The notes under the pieces were generated by a model. The model made no database searches, was not told the origin of the DNA, and was given only the letters and a program-made list of their open reading frames with translations. From contig NC_086097.1 of NCBI RefSeq assembly GCF_963921235.1, forward strand, positions 77,626,001 to 77,690,000: a DNA stretch of 64,000 nucleotides, in the 5' to 3' direction. This document shows positions 50,129-61,078 of the stretch, in pieces; the first letter of the stretch is position 1, and every line of letters begins with the position of its first letter. The stretch is from Mobula hypostoma. Taxonomy: Eukaryota. A program made the position numbers and the translations under genes.

Positions 50129-51064
50129 ATGACTGTGAGGGCAGTTTGCTGTTCTCGGTGTCGGATGTGGGAGGCCCTGGAGTCTCCAAGCCTCCCGGAC
50201 GTCTACATCTGCGCCAAGTGCATCGAGATGCAGCTCCTAAGGGACCGCGTTACGGAACTGGAGCTGCAGCTCGATGACCTTCGTCTGGTCAGGGAGAGCG
50301 AGGAGGTGATAGAGAGGAGTGGAAGGCAGGTGGTCACGCCAGGGCCATGGGAGGCAGACAAGTGGGTCACGGTTAGGAGGGGGAAGGGGAAAAGTCAGGT
50401 GATGGGGAGTACCCCAGTGGCTGTGCCCCTTAACAACAGGTACTCCTTTTTGAGTACTGTTGGGGGGAACAGCTTACCCGGGGGAAGCGACAGTGGCCGT
50501 GCCTCCGGCACAGAGTCTGGTCCTGTAGCTCAGAAGGGTAGGGCAAGGAAGAGGAGGGCAGTTGTGATAGGGGACTCGATAGTAAGGGGGTCAGATAGGC
50601 GATTCTGTGGATGCAGTCCAGAGACCCGGATGGTAGTTTGCCTCCCTGGTGCCAGGGTCCGGGATATTTCTGATCGTGTCCAAGATATCCTGAAGTGGGA
50701 GGGTGAGGAGCCAGAGGTCGTGGTACATATAGGTACCAATGACATAGGTAGGAAAAGGGATGAGGTCCTGAAAGGAGAATATAGGGAGCTAGGAAGGGAG
50801 TTGAGAAGAAGGACCGCAAAGGTAGTAATCTCGGGATTACTGCCTGTGCCACGCGACAGTGAGAGTAGGAATGCGATGAGGTGGAGGATAAATGCGTGGC
50901 TGAGGGATTGGAGCAGGGGGCAGGGATTCAAGTTTTTGGATCATTGGGACCTCTTTTGGCGCAGGCGTGACCTGTACAAAAAGGACGGGTTACACTTGAA
51001 TCCTAGGGGGACCAATATCCTGGTGGGGAGATTAGCGGGGGCTACTGAGGTGACTTTAAACTAG
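50129..51064 (+). CDS. CR1 ORF1p: C-x2-C zinc finger, coiled coil, SGNH esterase
   Basis: ATG at 50129. CSRC..CAKC, LRDRVTELELQLDDLR, VIGDSIVRG, VVVHIGTND, DGLHLN. Uninterrupted. Confidence 0.9.
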   Translation: MTVRAVCCSRCRMWEALESPSLPDVYICAKCIEMQLLRDRVTELELQLDDLRLVRESEEVIERSGRQVVTPGPWEADKWVTVRRGKGKSQVMGSTPVAVPLNNRYSFLSTVGGNSLPGGSDSGRASGTESGPVAQKGRARKRRAVVIGDSIVRGSDRRFCGCSPETRMVVCLPGARVRDISDRVQDILKWEGEEPEVVVHIGTNDIGRKRDEVLKGEYRELGRELRRRTAKVVISGLLPVPRDSESRNAMRWRINAWLRDWSRGQGFKFLDHWDLFWRRRDLYKKDGLHLNPRGTNILVGRLAGATEVTLN

Positions 51065-54000
51065 AATGGTTGGGGGGTGGGAATCAAATTAAAGAGGCTA
51101 GGCGTGAGGAGGTTAGTTCACAACAGGGGGATGGGAATCAGTACAGAGAGACAGAGGGGTGTAAAGTGAGGGTAGAAGCAAAAAGTACTAAGGAGAAAAG
51201 TAAAAGTGGCAGGCCGACACATCCAGGGCAAGCATTAAAAAGGGCCACTTTTCAACATAATTGTACAAGGGCTAAAAGAGTTGTAAAAGAGCGCCTGAAG
51301 GCTTTGTGTGTCAATGCAAGGAGCATTCGTAATAAGGTGGATGAATTGAAAGTGCAGATTGTTATTAATGATTATGATATAGTTGGGATCACAGAGACAT
51401 GGCTTCAGGGTGACCAGGGATGGGAGCTCAACGTTCAGGGATATTCAATATTCAGGAGGGATAGACATGAAGGAAGGGGAGGTGGGGTGGCGTTGCTGGT
51501 TAAAGAAGAGATTAACGCAATAGAAAGGAAGGACATAAGCCGGGAAGATGTGGAATCGATATGGGTAGAGCTGCGTAACACTAAGGGGCAGAAGACGCTG
51601 GTGGGAGTTGTGTACAGGCCACCTAACAGTAGTAGTGAGGTCGGAGATGGTATTAAACAGGAAATTAGAAATGTGTGCAATAAAGGAACAGCAGTTATGA
51701 TGGGTGACTTCAATCTACATGTAGACTGGGTGAACCAAATTGGTAAAGGTGCTGAGGAAGAGGATTTCTTGGAATGTATGCGGGATGGTTTTTTGAACCA
51801 ACATGTCGAGGAACCAACTAGAGAGCAGGCTATTCTGGACTGGGTATTGAGCAATGAGGAAGGGTTAATTAGCAATCTTGTCGTGAGAGGCCCCTTGAGT
51901 AACAGTGACCATAATATGGTGGAATTCTTTATTAAGATGGAGAGTGACACAGTTAATTCAGAAACAAAGGTTCTGAACTTGAAGAAGGGGAACTTTGAAG
52001 GTATGAGACGTGAATTAGCTAAGATAGACTGGCAAATGACACTTAAAGGATGACGGTGGATATGCAATGGCAAGCATTTATAGGTTGCATGGATGAACTA
52101 CAACAATTGTTCATCCCAGTTTGGCAAAAGAATAAATCAAGGAAGGTAGTGCACCCGTGGCTGACAAGAGAAATTAGGGATAGTATCAATTCCAAAGAAG
52201 AAGCATACAAATTAGCCAGAAAAAGTGGCTCACCTGAGGACTGGGAGAAATTCAGAGTTCAGCAGAGGAGGACAAAGGGCTTAATTAGGAAGGGGAAAAA
52301 AGATTATGAGAGAAAACTGGCAGAGAACATAAAAATGGACTGTAAAAGCTTTTATAGATATGTAAGAAGGAAAAGACTGGTAAAGACAAATGTAGGTCCC
52401 CTGCAGACAGAAACAGGTGAATTGATTATGGGGAGCAAAGACATGGCAGACCAATTGAATAATTACTTTGGTTCTGTCTTCACTAAGGAGGACAAAAATA
52501 ATCTTCCAGATATAGTAAGGGACAGAGGGTCCAGTGAGATGGAGAAACTGAGTGAAATACATGTTAGTAGGGAAGTGGTGTTAGGTAAATTGAAGGGATT
52601 GAAGGCAGATAAATCCCCAGGGCCAGATGGTCTGCATCCTAGAGTGCTTAAGGAAGTAGCCCAAGAAATAGTGGATGCATTAGTGATAATTTTTCAAAAC
52701 TCGTTAGATTCTGGACTAGTTCCTGAGGATTGGAGGGTGGCTAATGTAACCCCAATTTTTAAAAAAGGAGGGAGAGAGAAACCGGGGAATTATAGACCGG
52801 TTAGCCTAACGTCGGTGGTGGGGAAACTGCTGGAGTCAGTTATCAAGGATGTGATAACAGCACATTTGGAAAGCGGAGAAATGATCGGACAAAGTCAGCA
52901 TGGATTTGTGAAAGGAAAATCATGTCTGACGAATCTCATAGAATTTTTTGAGGATGTAACTAGTAGAGTGGATAGGGGAGAACCAGTGGATGTGGTATAT
53001 TTGGATTTTCAAAAGGCTTTTGACAAGGTCCCACACAGGAGATTAGTGTGCAAACTTAAAGCACATGGTATTGGGGGTAAGGTATTGGTGTGGGTGGAGA
53101 ATTGGCTAGCAGACAGGAAGCAAAGAGTGGGAATAAACGGGACCTTTTCAGAATGGCAGGCGGTGACTAGTGGGGTACCGCAAGGCTCAGTGCTGGGACC
53201 CCAGTTGTTTACAATATATATTAATGACTTGGATGAGGGAATTAAATGCAGCATCTCCAAGTTTGCGGATGACACGAAGCTGGGCGGCAGTGTTAGCAGT
53301 GAGGAGGATGCTAAGAGGATGCAGGGTGACTTGGATAGGTTGGGTGAGTGGGCAAACTCATGGCAGATGCAATTTAATGTGGATAAATGTGAAGTTATCC
53401 ACTTTGGTGGCAAAAATAGGAAAACAGATTATTATCTGAATGGTGGCCGATTAGGAAAAGGGGAGGTGCAACGAGACCTGGGTGTCATTATACACCAGTC
53501 ATTGAAAGTGGGCATGCAGGTACAGCAGGCGGTGAAAAAGGCGAATGGTATGCTGGCATTTATAGCGAGAGGATTCGAGTACAGGAGCAGGGAGGTACTA
53601 CTGCAGTTGTACAAGGCCTTGGTGAGACCACACCTGGAGTATTGTGTGCAGTTTTGGTCCCCTAATCTGAGGAAAGACATCTTTGCCATAGAGGGAGTAC
53701 AAAGAAGGTTCACCAGATTGATTCCTGGGATGGCAGGACTTTCATATGAAGAAAGACTGGATGAACTGGGCTTGTACTCGTTGGAATTTAGAAGATTGAG
53801 GGGGGATCTGATTGAAACGTATAAGATCCTAAAGGGATTGGACAGGCTAGATGCAGGAAGATTGTTTCTGATGTTGGGGAAGTCCAGAACGAGGGGTCAC
53901 AGTTTGAGGATAGAGGGGAAGCCTTTTAGGACCGAGATTAGGAAAAACTTCTTCACACAGAGAGTGGTGAATCTGTGGAATTCTCTGCCACAGCAAACTG

Positions 54001-54101
54001 TTGAGGCCAGTTCATTGGCTATGTTTAAGAGGGAGTTAGATATGGCCCTTGTGGCTACAGGGGTCAGGGGGTATGGAGGGAAGGCTGGGGCGGGGTTCTG
54101 A
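51049..54101 (+). pseudogene. CR1 ORF2p (APE endonuclease plus reverse transcriptase), single frameshift at about 52050
   Basis: APE motifs NARS, ITETW, YRPP, GDFN, SDH. RT motifs YRPVSLTS, QHGF, DFQKAFDKV, GVPQGSVLGP, FADD. No internal stops apart from the frame change. Confidence 0.92.
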
Positions 54102-55384
54102 GTTGGATGATCAGCCATGATCATAATAAATGGCGGTGCAGGCTCGAAGGGCCGAATGGCCTACTCCTGCACCTATTTTCTATGTTTCTATGTTTCTATG
54201 TTTCTATATTCTGTCTGGGTAGCCTCCAACCTGATGGCATGAACATTGAATTCTCTAACTTCCACTAATGCCCCACCTCCCCCTCGTACCCTATCCGTTA
54301 TTTATATACACACATTCTTTCTCTCACTCTCCTTTTTCTCCCTCTGTCCCTCTGACTATACCCCTTGCCCATCCTCTGGGTTTCCCCCCCCTCCCCCTTT
54401 TCCTTCTTCCTGGGCCTCCTGTCCCATGATTCTCTCATATCCCCTTTTGCCAATCACCTGTGCAGCTCTTGGCTCCATCCTCCCCCTCCTGTCTTCTCCT
54501 ATCATTTTGGATCTCCCCCTCCCCCTCCCACCTTTAAATCTCTTACTAGCTCTTTCTTTAGTTAGGCCTGACCAAGGGTCTCGGCCTGAAACGTTGACTG
54601 TACCTCTTCCTAGAGATGCTGCCTGACCTGCTGCGTTCACCAGCAACTTTGATGTGTGTTGCTTGAATTTCCAGCATCTGCAGAATTCCTCGTGTTTTCG
54701 ATTTCAAGTGGTTTATTAATGGAAAGGGTGTGGCTCCCAAAACAATCTTAGCCAAAATAGCATCGTTTTTTCTCTCTCTCATCACAACTTTCTTGTAGCC
54801 TACGACTATAAGTTAATACCAATCATAAAAATAATGATTGCTGGGCAATCTTCTTCATAAGAAACAAAATTCGTAAAGTGAAACACTTTGTAGTTATAGC
54901 AGAGACTGAGACACATGAGAGCAGGTTGAAAAAACGAAGGCAACGAAAGCTGAGAGAGCGTGCACAACTGATCCAGCCCGCCTGAAGTTGCATTTTGCCC
55001 AATCTGGCCCGTGACATAAAATGAGTTTGACACCCCTGGTTTAACAGATTTGAAAGAGCTCCCACTGACCTTGAAACCTTAGCCCATAGTGTGAACCAGA
55101 GGTGAGAATTGTGAGCCAAACTTACATTTATCACTGATGTCTGGGCTGATGAAGCTCTTCTGATTGCTGTGAACAAATACAGTTATACCTCTTACTGTGC
55201 CCATAGATTCCCTTCAAATTTTATCAGCCAGTTTTTAAAATAAATACTACATTTTTGAATCATAAAATAAAATCCGAAACATTTTGTTTTGCAACGAACT
55301 AAACAGACAGGCCAATGTATTTTTCCATTGATATAAAAGTCTGAGAAAATGACCATGCTGAGCAACATACTTAACAAATCATAA

Positions 55385-55745
55385 GTACAAGAGATTTTGC
55401 AGATGCTGGAAATTCAGAGCAATGCACGCACAATGCTGTAGGAATTCAGCATCTGCACACTCAATAACAGTGTGCAGAGACTGATTAGATGTGGATGTCG
55501 GAGGAACACTGGAGGGTAGATAAATTTAATGCCAAAATAATTTTGCATTGGAATGTTACTCCCAAGTCTCCTCCCCTCTCACCTATCATCTGTAAGCTTC
55601 CTTCCCCTCTTCCCACCTTAGTGTTCGAGTTTCTTCCCCTTCCTTTCCAGTCCTGATAAAGGGTCTCTGCCCAAAATGTCTATTGGTTATTTGTCTCCAT
55701 AGATGCTGCTTGAGCTGCTGTGTTGCTCCAGCAGTTTGTATATGA
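55385..55745. mobile_element. Older Penelope-like pseudo-LTR fragments in inverted arrangement
   Basis: TGCAGATGCTGGAAAT end at about 55398 (minus). Plus-strand decayed hammerhead AGTCCTGATAAAGGGTCTCTGCCCAAAATGTC near 55648. Confidence 0.65.
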
Positions 55746-55985
55746 TTTTTTACAAATACCTTATGATTAAGTCTTTTATTTTTGGGTAGGGAAAGTTGCT
55801 TGAAAACTTGGAGGTGATATTCCAAAATAAAATTATTTCGGCATGAAGCTTGTCTGCCACTCAGTGTTTCACCAACATCCACATCCAATCGGTCTTTGCA
55901 CGCTGTTATTCAGTGTACTGACCAGGCAGCTGGTGATATGGATTATTAGCTTTGGTACAATCGAAACAAAACAATAATTAATCAG

Positions 55986-56426
55986 AAACACAAACAACAG
56001 GAATTCTGCAGATGCTGGAAATTCAAGCAACACACATAAAAGTTGCTGGTGAACACAGCAGGCCAGGCAGCATCTGTAGGAAGAGGTACAGTCGACGTTT
56101 CAGGCCGAGACCCTTCGACAGGACTAACTGAAGGAAGAGTGAGTAAGGGATTTGAAAGTTGGAGGGGGAGGGGGAGATCCAAAGTGATAGGAGAAGACAG
56201 GAGAGGGAGGGATGGAGCCAAGAGCTGGACAGGTGATAGGCAAAAGGGATAAGAGAGGATCATGGGACAGGAGGTCCGGGAAGAAAGACAAGGTGGGGGG
56301 GAACCCAGAGGTCGGGCAAGGGGTATATTCAGAGGGACAGAGGGAGAAAAAGGAGAGTGAGAGAAAGAATGTGTGTATAAAAATAAGTAACAGATGGGGT
56401 ACGAGGGGGAGGTGGGGCATTAGCGG
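55986..56426 (-). mobile_element. Solo Penelope-like pseudo-LTR
   Basis: 13-bp TSD AATAATTAATCAG (55973-55985 / 56427-56439). Hammerhead with mutated core (CUGUCGA) at 56090-56125. Confidence 0.9.
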
Positions 56427-56849
56427 AATAATTAATCAGCCTGTTTTCCTACAATTGTCACAGGAGGAAATATTTCATTGTATTTAGTGTCATTGACATA
56501 TGAATACTGCATCACTAAAAAAATGCAGTTGTTTACTGTTTTAAGCCAAACATATGATTCAAGTGTTTAGCAATATACTTATGTGGAAAACTGATTAATT
56601 TTAGACTGATTAATTGTTACAAACCATTAAAAGAACAGAATCTAGGTATTTCTGTTGATAAAGTTACTTGGAGGAAATGTTTAACTCTACCGACACAATC
56701 TGTCATGCCGTATTTGTTGTAACCCCTTTTGCATTAGTTTTAATCAAAAAGCAAAGAATGAACAGTCTATGCAAGAAGTTTAAAATGAAAACAGGAAATG
56801 CTGAAATTACCCAGCAAGCCAGTCAGCATCTATAGCGACTATCACAAAC

Positions 56850-57280
56850 AAGAGAAAACTTGCAGATGCTGGAAATCCAAAGTAACACACACAAAATGCT
56901 GGAGGAACTCAGTAGGCCAGGCAGCATCTATGGAAAAGAATAAACAGTTGACGGTTCATGCTAAGACCCTTCATCAGGCCATATCTTCTGTAGATACTAT
57001 GTTAGTGTTTCAGATCAATCATAACACCAGGTTCAAGAACAGCCACTTTCCTTCAACTATTCATTTCCTGGACCAACCAGCAAATGTCTAGTCAGAACAC
57101 TTAGCAACAGTATGATGACTCTGACCACTTTACACTAAAATAGACTTTGTTTCTATTTGTCTAATTCTGTTCTTTCTTGTAAAAAATATATAATATATGT
57201 TTAGTTCATGTTTTTCTGGTGAGTGTTGTGTCTCTGATGCTATGTGCCTGTGATGTCACTGCACGTTTTTGTGCATACAC
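56850..57280. mobile_element. Penelope-like end (minus, about 56850-56980) followed by a Rex1-like 3' end (plus)
   Basis: GCAGATGCTGGAAATCC...GACCCTTCATCAGG, then ACCAGGTTCAAGAACAGC (TRFKNS). Confidence 0.6.
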
Positions 57281-59029
57281 AAATTTGTGGGCCAGTGGGA
57301 CTAAATGGGAGAATGGATCAGCTCATGATAAAAATGGCGGCGCAGACTTGATGGGCCGAATGGCCGGCCTGCTCTTTTGTCTTATGGTCTAATGTTGGAA
57401 CGTAGAGTTGTACAGTGAAGAGGACTGTAGAGTTGCGCACTTTCCAGTTGAGAATGTTGGATTCATTCTTCAGGTAACAAGTTGATGAAAACTGAGGTTG
57501 GTCTCATAATGCCTGTATGCTTAAACCATCTGTGTACTGCAGTTTGACCACTGTGATTATAGTATCCCATGTTCTGGAGGAAAGAGTTGAAAGTTGAACT
57601 GGATTAGCTCAATTCCAGTGGGAAGCTGGAGGGTCTGCACAACACTGGGGTGAGACCGATTAAAGAAAATATGGGGGGGGGGTGGTGATGACACAGGCTT
57701 GCTGGATGACAGTCTGCACTGAGATTGGATCCACATGGGGCTGCAGACTACAGATGCTGGGATATGGAGCAACAAGCAATCTGCTGATGGAACCTAGTGA
57801 TTCAAGCAGCATCTGCAGGGGTGAAAGTATTTGTCAACATTTCAGGTTGAAACCATGCATCAGAGCGCTTCCTCCAACAGATTACCTGTGCTCCTGAAAT
57901 TTGATCCATTGTGAACCCATTGGTTAAGATCATAGCTTGAAGCAAACATTAGACAGAGCCAAATTTCTGTGGGCAACCAAATATGGGTATGATTCTCCGC
58001 TGTCCCTCTTGATTTCTAGTGGAGGGCACATAATAGATAGAAAAAGTACAAGTCCAGGAACACTTGTGGATTCAGAAACCAAGGGCCCTACTCCGCTGAG
58101 AGATGAGAAGAAGGTAAAATTATAATGACAGACAGGCACTTTGTGCCTCCTGATAGGAACATCGAGGATATTCCTTCCAGCAAACACTATGGCTCTGACT
58201 TTGACATAAGTGCCCTTGATTCCATCTAACAACAAAATGGCGAGTCAAATCTTGTCCCTATCTTTGCCTGATAAGAATATGCCAAGTGCCAATCGAAAAG
58301 CAACAAGATGTCCAAAGAAAATAGTAATCTGGTTGAAGTTCTAAAATTTGGCAGAAAAGAAGTTCAAAGAAGTTCACGTCTGGGAGAAGGAGGCTTCTCC
58401 AGTCTATCAGAGGTCCCCCTCACCCAAAAACACTCAGATTTCAGAGAGCTATTTCCCATATCATAGTATAGGCCCTGTTCATCCGGAGAAAGTGTGGTCA
58501 CGATTTTTCAACATTAAATAAATACAAGAGCAGCACTAAGCATGGCTCTTATCAACCACACTAAAAGTCTTTAAGGAGTCTGGTATTGATTGCAATACTG
58601 GGAGGGTGCTGCCATGACCAATATGCTTTATTTCAAATGCCGTCATAAACATAGCTCCAGGATCACTGAGTGGTTAAAAGTTCAAGATCCTATGACCATT
58701 CAAACAGGAGTAGAGAATACTGTCATGTTGACCAATATTTATTCTCCACCTACAATACAAATTTCTTTTCCGAAATGAAGGTCCATGCAGATTGCAAGTT
58801 GACATTCAGTTTCTTCTAATTAAGTATGTATAATGTAATTCAAAGACTATTTATTGAATAGTCCACCATTTTGAAATGTTCTGTGGGTGTGAAAGATACG
58901 ATATACTATAGGTCCTATAACACTACTTTTTAAAAAAAGGTTCAGGGTTATAAACAAGGCTTAGTATAACTGCATGACATTTCTCTTCTGATTTAATATA
59001 AAATTAGAAACCTTTGGTAAAATGTATGT

Positions 59030-59317
59030 CAAAGTCTGTGAGCCTTTGTGGCCCATCAGGCTGGTGCTTATGCCGGTTTCTGTGGTGTGAAGCGACTGAA
59101 AGTATGAGACTCCTCCCCCCCCACCCCCCGGATAGGATGCCAGTCTATCGTGAGGTTAACCCCCAGAATTTTGCCGGTACCCATTTACAGCTGGGTGGAC
59201 TGGAGCAGTGTGTGGTTAAGTGCCTTGCTCAAAGACACAACATGCTGCCTTGGCTGAGACTCGAACCCACGACCTTCAGATCGTGAGCCCAATGTCCTAA
59301 CCACTTGGCCACGCACC
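59030..59317 (-). mobile_element. tRNA-derived SINE (non-V family)
   Basis: A-box TGGCCAAGTGG (59301-59311), B-box GGTTCGAGTCT (59257-59267), then TTGAGCAAGGCACTTAAC and CTGTAAATGGGTACC central motifs. Confidence 0.8.
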
Positions 59318-59874
59318 ACACTTATATATATATATATAAGAATCCTCTAGAAATATCACAGAATTTTATTGATAGTGACTAAGTCAACGAGTAATACCTT
59401 CACTTAGGATTTATTCTTATGTTTAAAGGTGTTTGAATGCTGCGTCTACAAAACCAATGTAAAGTACTTGTTTTCTGATCTAACTTGGGAAAGAAATACT
59501 AATGGTTAATTGTTGAATATAAAGACTCCCACTTTAAATGAATGGATAGGAATCCTAGAAAGAGAGCAAAATGAAACGGATTTTCTAATTTCTTCATTCT
59601 TCCTTAGTATCACACTTCCTCTGATTTGCACAATAGACTTGAAATAGTTTTGGATCATAACAGATGATAAAAGAGGGGATATATTAAATCCTTTGGAACA
59701 TTTAACTGTCAATCATTGTGGTGTTGTGCCAGCATTGTATGTAAGAATGGATACATAAAGTTTCTCTGTCAGGCAGAAGAATTGTGATTGGTGATAAAAT
59801 TACTTCAGAAGTTTGGTTCTGCAGGTCAGTAATGAAAGACAAAGGCCATCAATGGACAAACTGCCAAATGACAT

Positions 59875-61078
59875 TTTTATAAACCTATCTCTACTATATC
59901 TCTCCCCACCCTATCTCCGTAAAAATGTTATTCCTGTTTTCCAGTTCCTTCACCTTCACTGCATTGTTCCTAGGATGTGGTTTTCCAATCCAGGACATCA
60001 GGGACGTCCTCCTTCTTCAAAAAACAGGGTTTCCAGCCCTCCAATATTGATGCTGCCCTCACTCGCGTCTTCTTCATTTCCTGAACATCCACATTCACCC
60101 CACCTTCCCATCGTCCTAACAGTGATAGATTTCCTCGTGTTCTTACCTAGCGCTGCAACAGCCTCTACATTCAATACATCATCCCCCGCAACTTCTGCCA
60201 TCTCCAAAGGGATCGCGCCAGTAAGCATATCTTTACCCCCCCACACACACACACACACACACACATTTTCTACAGGGATTGCTCCATCTGTGATGCCCTC
60301 GTCCATTCATCCCTCCTCATTAATCTCCCTCCCAGCACTTACCTCTGCAATGGCCAAAGTGCTACACCAGACCACACACTTCTCCCTCACCATTCAGTGC
60401 CCCAAATAGTCCTTTCAACACTTTACCTGTGAATCTGCTGAGGTAATCTATAGTTGACCGATGCTCTCGATGCAGACTCCTCTACGTTGGTGAGACTGTT
60501 GTAAATTGGGAGACCATTTTATCGAGCTCCTCTGCACTATCTACCACAAATGGAATTTCCTAGTGGCGAAACATTTTAATTCTTATTCCCATTCCCATTT
60601 GGTCCATGGCCTCCTCTTCTGCCAAGATGGGGTTACCCTCAGGGTGGAGGAGCAACATCTTATATTCCATCTATGTAGCCTTCTACCTGATGGCATGAAT
60701 ATTGATTTCTCCTTCCAGTAAAAAGATTCCCCCTCCCTTCTTCATCTATTCCCCACTCTGACCTTTTACCTCTTCTCACCTCCTTATTACTTCTTTTTGG
60801 GTCTCTTCCTTTTTCCATTTTTCCTATGGTCCACTCTCCTCTCTTATCAGATTCCTTTCTCTCCAGCCCTTTATCTCTCCCACCTACCTGGCTTCACCTA
60901 TCACCTTCCAAATAGGCTTCTTCCCCTCCCCACAACCTTTTTATTCTGGCATCTTCCCCCTTCCTTCTCAGTCTTGAAGAAAGAGTTTGGCCCAAAATGT
61001 CAACTGCTTATTCATTTCCGTAGATGCTACCTGACCTGTTGAGTTCCTCCAGCATTGTGCATTGTGTGTGTGTGTTGC
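59875..61078 (+). mobile_element. Old Penelope-like element (RT C-terminus, GIY-YIG, pseudo-LTR)
   Basis: VAKHFNSYSH...EEQHLIFHL..L.PDGMNIDFS. Decayed hammerhead at about 60970-61006; (CA)n at about 60242-60265. Confidence 0.8.

Larger units (their letters stand above)
49648..54204 (+). mobile_element. Full-length young CR1 LINE
   Basis: TSD TATATT (49642-49647 / 54205-54210), 5' tandem monomers, ORF1, ORF2, and (TTTCTATG)n octamer tail. Confidence 0.95.
49296..54697 (+). mobile_element. Penelope-like element (GIY-YIG part plus pseudo-LTR), split by CR1
   Basis: 49313-49647 encodes VIYCVRCSRCGLLYIGETRRRLGDRFAEH...EEQHLIF. It resumes at 54205 with CLGSLQPDGMN and the pseudo-LTR. Mutated hammerhead at 54564-54599. 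Confidence 0.9.
46971..55038 (+). mobile_element. hAT transposon (SPIN/GTF2IRD2-like) carrying nested insertions
   Basis: Perfect 13-bp TIRs CAGGGGTGTCAAA (46971-46983) / TTTGACACCCCTG (55026-55038), with a transposase inside. Flanking 8-mers do not match, so no TSD is visible. Confidence 0.75.

Noticed and set aside
50129..51064. SGNH esterase as a host or captured gene
   Set aside because: Esterase domains are an established part of ORF1 in CR1-group LINEs, and this one lies inside the element's TSD.
50430..53713. Long minus-strand ORFs (50430-50852, 50530-50931, 51435-52073, 53009-53413, 53432-53713)
   Set aside because: They are antisense shadows of the CR1 coding regions with no independent motifs.
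46963..55046. 8-bp TSD for the second hAT
   Set aside because: CACACCCA and GTTTAACA do not match, so no TSD is claimed.
57930..58235. 101-aa minus-strand ORF in unique DNA
   Set aside because: Non-ATG start, no recognisable motifs and no convincing exon structure.
59250..59317. tRNA gene
   Set aside because: The A/B boxes run into a SINE body and I could not form a complete acceptor stem.
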